DNA of 63,053 nt, taken from positions 1 to 63,053 of IMG/VR virus record IMGVR_UViG_3300044707_000482; one strand, given 5' to 3'. Each line of letters starts with the position of its first letter. The stretch's first letter is position 1. This document shows, one piece after another, positions 45,537 to 55,372 of this stretch. This DNA comes from a virus (taxonomy: Duplodnaviria > Caudoviricetes). The position numbers and the translations under genes are program-made. The notes below the pieces were generated by a model, which saw only the letters and a program-made list of their open reading frames with translations, made no database searches and was not told the DNA's origin.

Positions 45537-48500
45537 ATGAGCCTGTTCGCAGACGACATCTTCGGGCAGGCTGTCGGCCCCGCCACGCGACGGCGGAAGG
45601 CCGCTGGCCCCGCTCCGTTGTTTGGCGATGTGTTCGGCGGCGTGCCTCCCGACCAGGAGGAAGTCAGCCCCGAGTTGCAGGCGTCTGTCCTGGGTGAACT
45701 GGGCGAACTGACCGGCGGTACGCTGTCTCGCGTAGGTGACGCACTGGCCATGCCGGGCGACTACTTTCGCGGGCTGCTGGCCGGGAGTCCTGGCGAGCGG
45801 GTGACGGGTCGTGAACTGCTGCGCGACATGGGTCTGGCTGGGCAGGAAGACACGTGGGGCAACTTCCTGTCGGGCCTGGCCGTTGAGGTGGGAACCGACC
45901 CCTTGGCCATGCTAAGTGGCCCGGCCAAGGCGTTGACTCCCGCAGGCCGTGCTGCCCAGAAACTCGGTTTGCTGGACAATGCCCCAACCGCCGCCACCCG
46001 CAAGGCCATTCAGAGCGGGGCACTGGCGACTGCGGACGCACGGAAGGCTTTGCCGACCGTTGTGCAGCGCACTGCCGATAAGTTGGAGGCCACTGGCCGA
46101 ACGCTCAGCACGCTTGATCCGGCCACTGTGGGCAGGCCGCTATACGGCACTCGCACCGCTCGCCGGGCCATCACGCTCGACGACACGATCAAGTATGCCG
46201 ACAGCCCGCAAGCGGCCGAGCGTGAGGCCAGGGCGCTGCTGGGGGACACGGAGTTCAACCGCATCCGCAACCAGCGGCTGGCCGACAGTTTCGGCATCGG
46301 CTTGCCATTCCAGAACCCTAGTATCACGGGCGATTTCCTGGGCAAGGGCTTTGGCGACAACTACGCCGACGTCTTGGACACGCTTGGGCAAGCCTACCGC
46401 TGGAGCCCCGTTGGGCGGCAAATGTCGGCCCTGTTCGACAACAAGGTCGGCGGTGCCGTCGATGCCGAAGATCAACTCACCAACATTGCTTCCTTTAGGG
46501 CCAGGGAGCAGGCAGGTGGCGTAGCCGATAGCGCACACACCCTGCTGCTCTCGCGGGTGCAGCAATCGCACCCTGAGGTCTTCTCGGAGGACGGCAACCG
46601 CATCCTGGGTCGCTACCTCGAGGGGCCAGCGGCGATGCGGCCCGGCGACGAGGCGTACGTGCAGGCCAGGCCCGAACTGCTCAACTACGCCAACTGGTGG
46701 AAGAACAATCGGCAGGATTACCTGACCGGCGCCCGGGAACTCGGCCTCACGGCAGAGCAACTGGCCGACAAGTACGGCATCGAGTATCTGCCCCGCCGGG
46801 CGGATGCGGTGCTGGAGATGGAGTCTCGCCGCAACCGCCAACTGAACAACGCACTCTCGACGTTCACGGGCGACATGCTCCGCCGCACGGACGCCATGCA
46901 GGTGCCCGGTGGTCGCGAAACCATCCTGCGGCTGTCTCGCGACCCGGTGGTGGCGGGCGGGAAGCGGACGGCCACGACCGACACTGCCGCCGCCGTCCAT
47001 ATCCTCAAGGAACTCCAGCCGCTGGTGCCGCCAGGCGGACCAGACATCACGCTGGAGCAGGCCGAGAAGATTGCTCGCGTGCTGCACAAGTTGCCGTCAG
47101 AGGCACTCGACCGAGCGCCGCTGTTTGGGCAGCACCCGACCGAAATGATCGGCTCGTACATGCGCAACCGCAACGAGAGCATGGCGACGGCCAAGACGCT
47201 GTACGACTCCCTGGCGACGTTCGCTGAGGACGGTCTCTACACCGACATCCCGGGCGGTCGGCACATCTCCATGGAGGACGCGATCAAGCGTCTGGGATTG
47301 CGGTCATACGACGATTCTGCCGACGATCTCATGGACATCGTCGGTGATGGCGCTGCCGCGCGTGCCGTCAACGCTCGCCCCTTGTCTGGCGCCTCCAAGC
47401 AGATGCGTGAGCGCATCGCTGGGCTGCGGGGCATAGCCGACCCAGACCAAGTCAAACTGTCTGAAATCAGCATTCCAGAGGAGCATGTCAACCGGCTGCT
47501 CAGGGCACGGGACGTCTTCTCGGTGGACGAGGCTTCTGGCTCGCTGCTCCAGCAGCTCGACCACATCACCGCCGCCTGGAAAGGCTCAATCCTCACCTGG
47601 CCTGCCCGGGCGGTGCGCGATCTCTATAGCGGCGCCACCAGCAACTGGCTGGAGGGCGCCCTCGACCGCCGGTCTGTGCGGGCCGCCAGGGGGTTGCTGT
47701 CATCGGGGCCGGGCGACCAGACGTTCCTGGCGGAACTCCAGTCCATCCCTCGCTACCAGGGCATGGGGGCCGACGCCGTCAACCAGTTCTATTCGGACCT
47801 CGCAGGCACCGGGCTCGTCGCAGGCGGCTCGTCCACGGACATTGGCCTTGGACTCACTGGCAGGCGGGCCCTTGACGCCGCCCTGCCGGGAGCCACGCCG
47901 GTCAACGCTGGCACGATCCTTGGCGAGTTAGCCCCGCAGTCCGGCCGCACGTGGACCGAGTTTGCCCGAGACTTCGGCACGTGGCGGTCTAGCCTCAAGC
48001 CGCTGGCCGAGACGAAGAACCCCATCCTCCGTGCGGGCGAGCAGATGAACTCGCTGACGGACGGCATCAATCGCCTGAGCGGTTACCTTGCCTTGCTCAA
48101 GCAGGGCTTCACGCCGGAGGCTGCGGCCAGGGCGATGAAGCGGGCCCACGTGGACTATACGAGCCTTAGCGGCTTCGAGCGCAACGTACTCCGCCGGGTT
48201 TTTCCTTGGTACTCCTACCAGAGCAGGATTTTCGGGGAGGTGTTGCGGCAACTGTCCGAGCAACCCGGCGGCCGGTACGGGCAACTGGTGCGAGCCACCG
48301 AGTCAGTGCAGGACGATGTGGACGACGACGCCTACATCACCAGCGACCTTCGTTCGCAGTTTGCCGTGCCGATCCCGGAGGAGTGGGGCGGCGTTCCGGC
48401 ACCGGGCACGCAGACCTACCTCACCGACCTCGACTTCCCAGGCTTCGATCAGATCAACATGCTCGAGACTCCCGGCACGGTCTCAGGTGCCGCAACCGGC

Positions 48501-49052
48501 ACGATGCGGCAGGTGGGCATGCAATTGCATCCCGGGCTGCGGACTCTGGCGGAACTCATGTCGGGCCAGGACTTCTTTACCCGCCGCCCGGTTGGCGAAA
48601 GCACCAGCACGCTGGATTCCATTCTGCGATCTGTCACGGGCAACCCAGACGCCAACGTCCCGGCCATCATCGAGAAGCCCGTCGAGATGATGCCGTTCGT
48701 CGGTCGCCCGCTATATGCCGCACGCTCGCTCCTGGACGATCGCGGTGGGCAGTCGCTTGCCCAGCGAGCCATCAAGACCAGCCTCAACGCCACGACCGGC
48801 CTGAAGGTGCGAGACAAGACGCAGGAAGACATCCTCCGCGATCAGGTGCGGCAGCTCCAGGAAAGCGTGGACCCTTACACCCGCGAGTTCACGACGAGCT
48901 ACATCCCCGAGAACCTCCAGCCCTACGTGCCCAACTGGGCGCTCGACCGCATGGCCGTCTCCCGGTCGCTCGACCGCGAGCGTCGGGCGGCTCGCCGCAA
49001 GCCGCGACGCAAAGAGCGTGAACGCTCGGCCACCGGCCAGCTATTCGAGTAG
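45537..49052 (+). CDS. Large internal virion (ejection) protein
   Basis: 1171 aa; TDPL near the N-terminus; C-terminal DYTSLSGFERNVLRRVFPWYSY typical of large podovirus core proteins. Confidence 0.75.
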   Translation: MSLFADDIFGQAVGPATRRRKAAGPAPLFGDVFGGVPPDQEEVSPELQASVLGELGELTGGTLSRVGDALAMPGDYFRGLLAGSPGERVTGRELLRDMGLAGQEDTWGNFLSGLAVEVGTDPLAMLSGPAKALTPAGRAAQKLGLLDNAPTAATRKAIQSGALATADARKALPTVVQRTADKLEATGRTLSTLDPATVGRPLYGTRTARRAITLDDTIKYADSPQAAEREARALLGDTEFNRIRNQRLADSFGIGLPFQNPSITGDFLGKGFGDNYADVLDTLGQAYRWSPVGRQMSALFDNKVGGAVDAEDQLTNIASFRAREQAGGVADSAHTLLLSRVQQSHPEVFSEDGNRILGRYLEGPAAMRPGDEAYVQARPELLNYANWWKNNRQDYLTGARELGLTAEQLADKYGIEYLPRRADAVLEMESRRNRQLNNALSTFTGDMLRRTDAMQVPGGRETILRLSRDPVVAGGKRTATTDTAAAVHILKELQPLVPPGGPDITLEQAEKIARVLHKLPSEALDRAPLFGQHPTEMIGSYMRNRNESMATAKTLYDSLATFAEDGLYTDIPGGRHISMEDAIKRLGLRSYDDSADDLMDIVGDGAAARAVNARPLSGASKQMRERIAGLRGIADPDQVKLSEISIPEEHVNRLLRARDVFSVDEASGSLLQQLDHITAAWKGSILTWPARAVRDLYSGATSNWLEGALDRRSVRAARGLLSSGPGDQTFLAELQSIPRYQGMGADAVNQFYSDLAGTGLVAGGSSTDIGLGLTGRRALDAALPGATPVNAGTILGELAPQSGRTWTEFARDFGTWRSSLKPLAETKNPILRAGEQMNSLTDGINRLSGYLALLKQGFTPEAAARAMKRAHVDYTSLSGFERNVLRRVFPWYSYQSRIFGEVLRQLSEQPGGRYGQLVRATESVQDDVDDDAYITSDLRSQFAVPIPEEWGGVPAPGTQTYLTDLDFPGFDQINMLETPGTVSGAATGTMRQVGMQLHPGLRTLAELMSGQDFFTRRPVGESTSTLDSILRSVTGNPDANVPAIIEKPVEMMPFVGRPLYAARSLLDDRGGQSLAQRAIKTSLNATTGLKVRDKTQEDILRDQVRQLQESVDPYTREFTTSYIPENLQPYVPNWALDRMAVSRSLDRERRAARRKPRRKERERSATGQLFE

Positions 49053-49856
49053 CACAGGCGTCTGCGGAATCTGTCCTCGCACCTGGGACCAGTCGATATA
49101 GAACCGCTCGGCCAGCCCGACCGTCTTGTGTCCCAAGTGCAGGCGAGCCTTGCCGGGCTGGAGGATCTCCACGTGCGTGGCCCCCGACCTCCTGAGCCAC
49201 TTGCTGGACCCGGGCAGGTCAAGCCGCTTGAGGAATCGCCGCAGCCGCCGCCACCCCGACTCCTTGACCATTGCCCAGCCCAGCACTCGCCCATCGGGAG
49301 AGCCCTCCAGCATTGCAGTGACTGCCGCCATGCAGGCCGGAGTCAACTTTTTTGACAACGGCACGCCGGTCTTCCCCTGCGTCCAGGCAACCGTGTCGCC
49401 AAAGAAATCCGACCGCCGGAGGTTCCACAAGTCCTCCTGGCGAGCCCCTGTCTCGTACCCGAGCAGCAGCCAGCACCTCAGGAAAACCCCGAGCCTTGCC
49501 CCCGATCGCAGCAAAATCCCGTCGTCTTGGAAAGTGGCCTTGACGGCCGTACAGCACTGCTCTAAAGTCCACGCCCGAACTGGTGGCCTCGACACTTTGA
49601 TCTTGACGAGACCACGCGGCATGGAATCCACTAGCCCACGTTCATAAGCAAAACGCCACAGGCTCAGGATGAGCACTCTCTCGGGAGCAACGGTCACGGA
49701 GCGGACCTCCGATAGCCTCTTGCGGAGGTATCGGTTGCACCACTCCACGCTGACCCAGCGGCACCCGGCAGCAGCCGCTCGGACTCGCCGAGCGTAGGAC
49801 TGGTTCACGATTCGCTCGCGGAGATACGCCTCCGCCACCCTTGGAAAAGACTTCAT
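49041..49856 (-). CDS. Tyrosine recombinase/integrase-family protein
   Basis: TGARQEDL (R), KT (K), WLRRSGAT (R), LGH (H), FY (Y). Confidence 0.8.
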   Translation of the reverse strand: MKSFPRVAEAYLRERIVNQSYARRVRAAAAGCRWVSVEWCNRYLRKRLSEVRSVTVAPERVLILSLWRFAYERGLVDSMPRGLVKIKVSRPPVRAWTLEQCCTAVKATFQDDGILLRSGARLGVFLRCWLLLGYETGARQEDLWNLRRSDFFGDTVAWTQGKTGVPLSKKLTPACMAAVTAMLEGSPDGRVLGWAMVKESGWRRLRRFLKRLDLPGSSKWLRRSGATHVEILQPGKARLHLGHKTVGLAERFYIDWSQVRGQIPQTPVLLE

Positions 49857-50826
49857 GTTTCTCGCCACCCAAAGCAATGGAGTGCAAGAAACCGAACAGG
49901 TGCGCACGGATGGTCAGGCCAGCACAGCCGATACGATCGGCACGGCTTTCGGCTTGAACATCACGAACGTCCTGTCCGGAGGCACACCATCGCTCCTTTC
50001 TGTTGATCTTCGGCGGGGAGAGCCTAACGCCGACTATCACGCTGACCAGACGTACAGGTCATGCAGCACGATCAAAACATTCCTTGACTCGCCGCTCCTG
50101 TACCACCAGCGGTACATCGCCAAGACGCTCCCGCCGTTCAGCAGCCCGGCCATGTCGCACGGCACGATGCTGCATTCGTGGCTGGAGCATGGCGACGACT
50201 TCCTTGAGTCGCTGGTGGTGCCTCCAACTGAAAGGCTAACCGCGACGGGCCTGCTGGGCAAAGATGCCGAGAAATGGGCCGAAAACGAGGCTCCTCCCGG
50301 CAGCACGCTCATTTCGCCCAAGGAGAAGGCCCAGCTTCTCGCTGAGGTGGCGGCCATCCGGCGTCACCCGGCCTGCGTCGAGATGCTCGACCAGATCGTC
50401 GATCGCGAGGCCAGCGTCCGCTGGGTCTCGCCGGACGGGCACTACCTCAAGTGCCGCTACGACGCCCGCACTCCAGACTTCTGGATCGACCTCAAGACGA
50501 CCAGCGAGCAGGACATCCTGGCTGGCTTCTGGAGTCCGGTGCTGAAGTACCGATACCACCTGCAAGATGCGTGGTATCGCTGCGGCATGGAGGCGTGTGG
50601 CCTAGAGCCCGCCCCGCTGCGGTTCATCGTTGTCAGCACATCGCTGCCGCACGACTGCCAAGTCGTGACGCTTCCCGACGCCATCGTTGCGGAAGGTCGG
50701 CGGCTCATGGACCGAGCGCTCGCTGACTTGCGAGTGCGAGAAGACCTCGACTGGTGGTTGCCGGACACGCACGGCGAGGTTGTGGAGTTGTCTTTTCCGG
50801 CTCATGTCATGGGGAGGATTTCGTGA
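49855..50826 (+). CDS. RecE/exonuclease VIII-like PD-(D/E)XK nuclease (DUF3799-like)
   Basis: NADYHA, SCSTIK, GTMLH..LE, KCRYD, IDLKTT, YHLQDAWY; start uncertain. Confidence 0.85.
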   Translation: MFLATQSNGVQETEQVRTDGQASTADTIGTAFGLNITNVLSGGTPSLLSVDLRRGEPNADYHADQTYRSCSTIKTFLDSPLLYHQRYIAKTLPPFSSPAMSHGTMLHSWLEHGDDFLESLVVPPTERLTATGLLGKDAEKWAENEAPPGSTLISPKEKAQLLAEVAAIRRHPACVEMLDQIVDREASVRWVSPDGHYLKCRYDARTPDFWIDLKTTSEQDILAGFWSPVLKYRYHLQDAWYRCGMEACGLEPAPLRFIVVSTSLPHDCQVVTLPDAIVAEGRRLMDRALADLRVREDLDWWLPDTHGEVVELSFPAHVMGRIS

Positions 50827-51539
50827 ACAGGGTATTCGACGCATCGGTGTGGAACGCCAACAGCGACCACGTGGATCAGATTTCTGAGGCCATGGCACAA
50901 GCCTTCGGCCAGTTGAGCAACGTCGTGCGGAACAAGGTTTCGCACTTCGCCAAGAAGGGCAAGGACGGCAAGCCGGTCCCCGACTACGCCGACCTTGCTT
51001 CGTGCTTTGAGTGCATCCGTGCCGCCTACGCCACGAACGGCCTGTCCGTGCGGCAGACGTTCCATCCGTACGGCGAGGACGGGACGATCTATCTCGTCAC
51101 GACCGTGCGGCACAAGAGCGGTCAGTTTGAGCGGTCCTACCTGCCCATGCCGGGCCGGGTGCCGCCACAGGAACTCGCCAAGGCGGCGACGTACCTCAAG
51201 CGAATCGCCCTGTGTGCCATCACGGGGATCGCTGCGGACGATGACGATGACGGCGAGCAGGCCGAGCGGTCGCATGCAGCGGCTGCGGCCGACAGCGAGA
51301 AGCGATGGGAGAAGGCCATTGCCTCCAAGTTGGGAGAGGCCAAGAAGCCCGACGCCGTCGCCGCTGTTCTCGACCAGATCGCCAGGGGCTCTGCCAGCGG
51401 GCATCTATCTGAGGCTGCGGCCACGCGACTGCGGGTCATGGCCAACGAAACGGCGGCCAAGCTCCAGCCGAAGCCGGTCGTTGAGGTGACGAAGGACTCC
51501 AACAACAAGAAGTCGCCGCAGCCTGCGGCCGTTTCGTGA
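50823..51539 (+). CDS. erf: ERF-family single-strand annealing protein
   Basis: YADL, TTVRHKSGQ, TYLKRIALCAITGIAADDDDDG. Confidence 0.88.
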   Translation: MNRVFDASVWNANSDHVDQISEAMAQAFGQLSNVVRNKVSHFAKKGKDGKPVPDYADLASCFECIRAAYATNGLSVRQTFHPYGEDGTIYLVTTVRHKSGQFERSYLPMPGRVPPQELAKAATYLKRIALCAITGIAADDDDDGEQAERSHAAAAADSEKRWEKAIASKLGEAKKPDAVAAVLDQIARGSASGHLSEAAATRLRVMANETAAKLQPKPVVEVTKDSNNKKSPQPAAVS

Positions 51540-51865
51540 TGAATCAGGCAGGGGCGAAGCCTTCCTCCACCGGCGAGCCGGACGCCGTCAGCCCCATCCG
51601 GCACCAACACACCATGTTTCAGTACGAGCAACTACACGCGGTCTCGATGGCTGTCTCTGGGCGTGCCCAGGCCGGAACCCTCGACCACGAAAGCGCACTC
51701 AAGTTCTGCACCCATCTGCTGCCGCAGTTGCTGGTTGAGTTTGAGATTGCCCGTCGCGTCGAGGATCGGCTGGCAACGATGTTTCCGGCTGCGGCAGAGC
51801 CGGAACCTGTGCTACCGCCCAAGTCAGCCCGCCGAGCCCGCAAGCCACGAAAGGGGAAGCGCTGA
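51536..51865 (+). CDS. Hypothetical protein
   Basis: ORF coupled between erf and the helicase. Confidence 0.6.
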   Translation: MMNQAGAKPSSTGEPDAVSPIRHQHTMFQYEQLHAVSMAVSGRAQAGTLDHESALKFCTHLLPQLLVEFEIARRVEDRLATMFPAAAEPEPVLPPKSARRARKPRKGKR

Positions 51866-53385
51866 TGGTCATGCTCCGTGACTACCAGAAGAGGGCCGTC
51901 CACGCAGTCTGCAAGGCCGCCAAGGCCGGGCACCGTCGCATCGTCGTGTGCCAGCCGGTCGGCAGCGGCAAGACGGAGGTGCAGGCGGAGCTGTGCCGCC
52001 TTGCCCGATACCCGCTAGGGATCGTGCCGCTGGTGGATCTCATGCGGCAGAACCGCGACCGGCTGGAGCTGCGGCTCGGAGAGCAGTGCGACATCGAGCA
52101 GGGCGGCAACTACGCGGAGTCCATCGAGGGCCTGCGAAACCGCGTGATCGTCGGCTCCCGAGACAGCCTGCTGTCGAGCAATCGGTACAAGGCCCGGGCC
52201 TACGATCGCGTCACGCTGGTGCTGGTGGACGAGTGCCACGTGGGCATCACGCCTCGCATGGAGGAGATGCTCCGGTGGTTTGAGGATCGAGGGGCCACGA
52301 TCGTCGGCTTCTCGGCCACGCCCTACAAGGGGAAGGGCAAGGCACTGCGGTACTGGCCGCGCCCGCAGATTGTGTACTCGCTGATGGAGGGGATTAGCGA
52401 CGGCTACCTCGTCGGCCCAACCTGCTTCCTGTCGGAGGCCAAGTCGTTCGATCTCTCGCTGGTCGAGGACGTTGCGGGCGAGTGGAATGAGGAGCGACTG
52501 GCTGCTGTACTCGCGGCCGAACACTTTGCCCAGGAGGTCTCGAGCCTCGTCCTCCAGACGCACAAGGGCCAGCCCTCTGTGATCTACGCCGCTCACGTTC
52601 GGCAGGCCAGCCTACTGGCGGAAGTGTTCCAGCGGTACGGGGCGAAGGTGGCCATCGTCCACTCCAAGCAGAACCCGCTGGTTCGCAAGGAGAACATGGA
52701 TGCTTTCGTTGGCGGCGAGACCAACATCATCATCAACGTGGGCGTCCTGGGGTACGGCTGGGATTTCCCAAGGCTGCGAAACATCTATATGGCGGCCCCG
52801 ACACGCAGCCTCTCACGCTATGAGCAACGGCTCGGTCGCGGAACCCGTCCGCTGCCGGGAGTCGTTCACTCCGAGATGACCCGCGACGAGCGGCTGGCGG
52901 CCATTCGGAACAGCGACAAGCCCACGTTCAACCTGTACGACATCACCGACGCCAGCCGCAGCCACCAACTGCTCTCGGCCCTGGACGTTCTGGATGCCAA
53001 GTGCCGCAAGTCGGCCAAGCGGCGGCAGACGATCCGGGATCTCCTGACGTCTGATGGCGTCGATGCCGTCGAGGCCATGCGTCAGGCCGACGAAATGGAG
53101 CATGCCGAACTGGCCCTCCAGGCACAGGAACTGATCGAGAAGCGGAAGCGCCTGGTCGTCGGCGTGACCTTCGACCATGAGACCCGCGACCTGTTCTCCG
53201 AGCCGGAGGGCAAGAAGAAGCGTGGCTGGCGGATGCTTTACGGCAAGTACAAGGGCCAGCCCATCGACAGCCTTCCTGCCAGCTATCTGGCCTGGGTGCT
53301 GGACTCGACCAAGAAGGACTCTCCGTTCAAGTCTGCGGTACGGCACGCACTGGCTAAGCGCAAGGAAGCGACGGCCACTCACTGA
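51865..53385 (+). CDS. SF2 DEAD/DEAH-box helicase with C-terminal DUF3820-like domain
   Basis: LRDYQ, GSGKT, DECH, SAT, GWDFP, QRLGRGTR; C-terminal GKYKGQPI..LP.SYL.W. Confidence 0.92.
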   Translation: MVMLRDYQKRAVHAVCKAAKAGHRRIVVCQPVGSGKTEVQAELCRLARYPLGIVPLVDLMRQNRDRLELRLGEQCDIEQGGNYAESIEGLRNRVIVGSRDSLLSSNRYKARAYDRVTLVLVDECHVGITPRMEEMLRWFEDRGATIVGFSATPYKGKGKALRYWPRPQIVYSLMEGISDGYLVGPTCFLSEAKSFDLSLVEDVAGEWNEERLAAVLAAEHFAQEVSSLVLQTHKGQPSVIYAAHVRQASLLAEVFQRYGAKVAIVHSKQNPLVRKENMDAFVGGETNIIINVGVLGYGWDFPRLRNIYMAAPTRSLSRYEQRLGRGTRPLPGVVHSEMTRDERLAAIRNSDKPTFNLYDITDASRSHQLLSALDVLDAKCRKSAKRRQTIRDLLTSDGVDAVEAMRQADEMEHAELALQAQELIEKRKRLVVGVTFDHETRDLFSEPEGKKKRGWRMLYGKYKGQPIDSLPASYLAWVLDSTKKDSPFKSAVRHALAKRKEATATH

Positions 53386-53393
53386 GAGGCGGC

Positions 53394-53798
53394 ATGGGCA
53401 AGGGACTGTCTGATGGACGTTACATCTGTGAGATCGGCATGTCGCTGGCTGTGGCGCAACTACTGCGCTCCGGCTATCAAGTCGCTCTCCCGATCATTGA
53501 TGACGGCTATGACATCTTGGCCTTGGATGGTCGCCGCTGCTGGCGGATCCAAGTCAAGGCAACGGCTCGCACTTCCGGGAAGAACCGATCCCGGGTGCGC
53601 ATATCGCGTGGCGGCCGCAAGCAGTTGCGATATGACGCGACTCAGGTCGATGCGTTCGTTATCACGAACATATCGACCGGGCTACTGCTCTGCGTGCCGT
53701 TTGCCAAGGCAGCGGGCCGCAGTTGGATCAACCTTGCCATTGGCGAACAGTACGCCGACTTCAACCTCCTGAGGAGAGTTAAGCCGAACAAGCACTGA
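53394..53798 (+). CDS. PD-(D/E)XK endonuclease (intron-associated/homing-type family)
   Basis: GE...A, YDIL, RIQVKA, Y....VDAF. Confidence 0.75.
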   Translation: MGKGLSDGRYICEIGMSLAVAQLLRSGYQVALPIIDDGYDILALDGRRCWRIQVKATARTSGKNRSRVRISRGGRKQLRYDATQVDAFVITNISTGLLLCVPFAKAAGRSWINLAIGEQYADFNLLRRVKPNKH

Positions 53799-53811
53799 CA
53801 GACAACTTAAA

Positions 53812-54060
53812 CGGCTGCGTGGGTTGGGAAAACCTCTGGCACGCAGACGCATGACCCACGACCAGAAGGGATCGTGACGAAAGTGGGTACGGCCAGCCGC
53901 AAGCGACAGGGCCAAGTCACGCGGGCAGCAGGATGCTCGATAAGCAGGTCGCAAGCCTCCGCCCCTGCGGCAAGGAGGACACCCGAAAGCGTCCTAACGA
54001 GCAGCGGACAGGGTGGCGGCTAACCCCAGCATCACGCTGGGGATTAGTCGCCGTCCACCC
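53812..54060 (+). ncRNA. Candidate structured non-coding RNA or replication-origin element
   Basis: Nested helices, several GNRA-like loops and a long 3' hairpin; no convincing ORF. Confidence 0.45.
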
Positions 54061-54093
54061 ATTGCGAGCCTTCAAGCAACAGACAGGGCCTCC

Positions 54094-54390
54094 ATGACAC
54101 AGGACTTAGCGCAACAGGAAGAAGGGGTGGTTGATCAGATGAAAGGGTTTTTGTCACTGGCGATTGGAAAGTTGATGGCATCCAACGACGCTCTGGCAAC
54201 GGCTGGCCGATTGGCTGGACGCCTCCGGCGGCGGCGGCCGGTCTTCGTTGAGGAAATCACTGACGTTCGCGACCCGGGCGGATCGCCGCTGATTCGGTGG
54301 TCGGTGATCTTGCAGTCCCGCGAAGACGCCCTGGAGTTTGACGGTGCGGTCCTGCGTCTAGCCCGAGCAGTCTCGGAGGAGGAGGAGTGA
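54094..54390 (+). CDS. Hypothetical protein
   Basis: ORF coupled to the downstream HNH gene. Confidence 0.55.
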   Translation: MTQDLAQQEEGVVDQMKGFLSLAIGKLMASNDALATAGRLAGRLRRRRPVFVEEITDVRDPGGSPLIRWSVILQSREDALEFDGAVLRLARAVSEEEE

Positions 54391-55079
54391 GCCATGCTGT
54401 GCTATCTGCCTTTGCTGACAAGTTCCAGTTTTGTGCGGTGTGCTGGAGCCGAGAAAGGCTTCACATTCACCATCTCGTCGGAGGCGCCGGAAGGAAGCAC
54501 GACCGCAGAAACCTTCTGCGTCTGTGCATGTGGTGCCATCACGGTCTTCACTCAGGCGGGGTGCATAACCTCACGCCAGGGATGTGCCTTGCTGCCAAGC
54601 GTGAGGTGGATGACTCCCACTACGACCCGACGTTTCTCGCCAGCCTGCGGCACCGCAGGCATCTTGGCTACGGCCCGGAGGTGTATCCGGGACGCGTTCT
54701 CTGGCATCGCAGCCGCAATGGGATTCCGCAGGAGCTGATCGACATGGCAATCAACAGTCGCCGCAAGGGCAAGGTCGGGGAGCTCGAGGCCGCCAGTGAG
54801 CTGAATCGCTTGCTGCCGAAGTCGTTGGCTCGTCGGGCACAGCAGCACAGCGGCACCGAGAGTGCGTCCGACCTGATTGCTCCTGGCCTCCCGGGCCTGT
54901 GGCTGGAGGTCAAGCGGGTGCAAAAGCTGAACCTCACTGAGGTGATGGATAAGTCGAGGGAGCAGTGCGGGGCGCTTGTGCCTGTGGTGCTTCATCGCAA
55001 GAACGACGCGGAATGGCTGGTGACATTTCCGCTTGAGCAGATCCAGCAGTTCGTGCAGCAGATTCAAGGAGGGATGTGA
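54387..55079 (+). CDS. HNH endonuclease fused to a Holliday-junction-resolvase-like PD-(D/E)XK domain
   Basis: CAVC..HIHH...NLLRLCMWCHHGLH, then MAINSRRKGKVGELE...SDL...WLEVKR. Confidence 0.8.
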   Translation: MSHAVLSAFADKFQFCAVCWSRERLHIHHLVGGAGRKHDRRNLLRLCMWCHHGLHSGGVHNLTPGMCLAAKREVDDSHYDPTFLASLRHRRHLGYGPEVYPGRVLWHRSRNGIPQELIDMAINSRRKGKVGELEAASELNRLLPKSLARRAQQHSGTESASDLIAPGLPGLWLEVKRVQKLNLTEVMDKSREQCGALVPVVLHRKNDAEWLVTFPLEQIQQFVQQIQGGM

Positions 55080-55372
55080 TGCCTAAGAATCATGAGTTTC
55101 TCATCAACAAGGTGCGATGGCTGTGGCGATACGCCCGGCTTCGTGGGTCTGCGGACGGCTATGCGTTCGTCAAGACGCCGAAGACTCCAAGCACGCCTGA
55201 GCGAATCCTGATCGACGAGCGACTGTCTGGCCGCAAGCGGCTTGAAATCGAGATCCACGAATTCCTTCATGCGGCAAATCCCACGCATGACGAGGAGCAT
55301 GTCACCCAGCAGGGGCGCGACCTGTCTCGCATCCTGTGGGCGTTGGGCTACCGGCCCAAGGAGGGGCAATGA
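55076..55372 (+). CDS. Small HExxH (zincin-like) protein
   Basis: ILIDERL...IHEFLHA...EEHV. Confidence 0.7.
   Translation: MMPKNHEFLINKVRWLWRYARLRGSADGYAFVKTPKTPSTPERILIDERLSGRKRLEIEIHEFLHAANPTHDEEHVTQQGRDLSRILWALGYRPKEGQ

Noticed and set aside
53394-54060. Group I intron with its homing endonuclease
   Set aside because: The flanking genes are not interrupted and I could not identify P7/J8-7 core motifs by eye. Kept only as a generic structured-RNA candidate.
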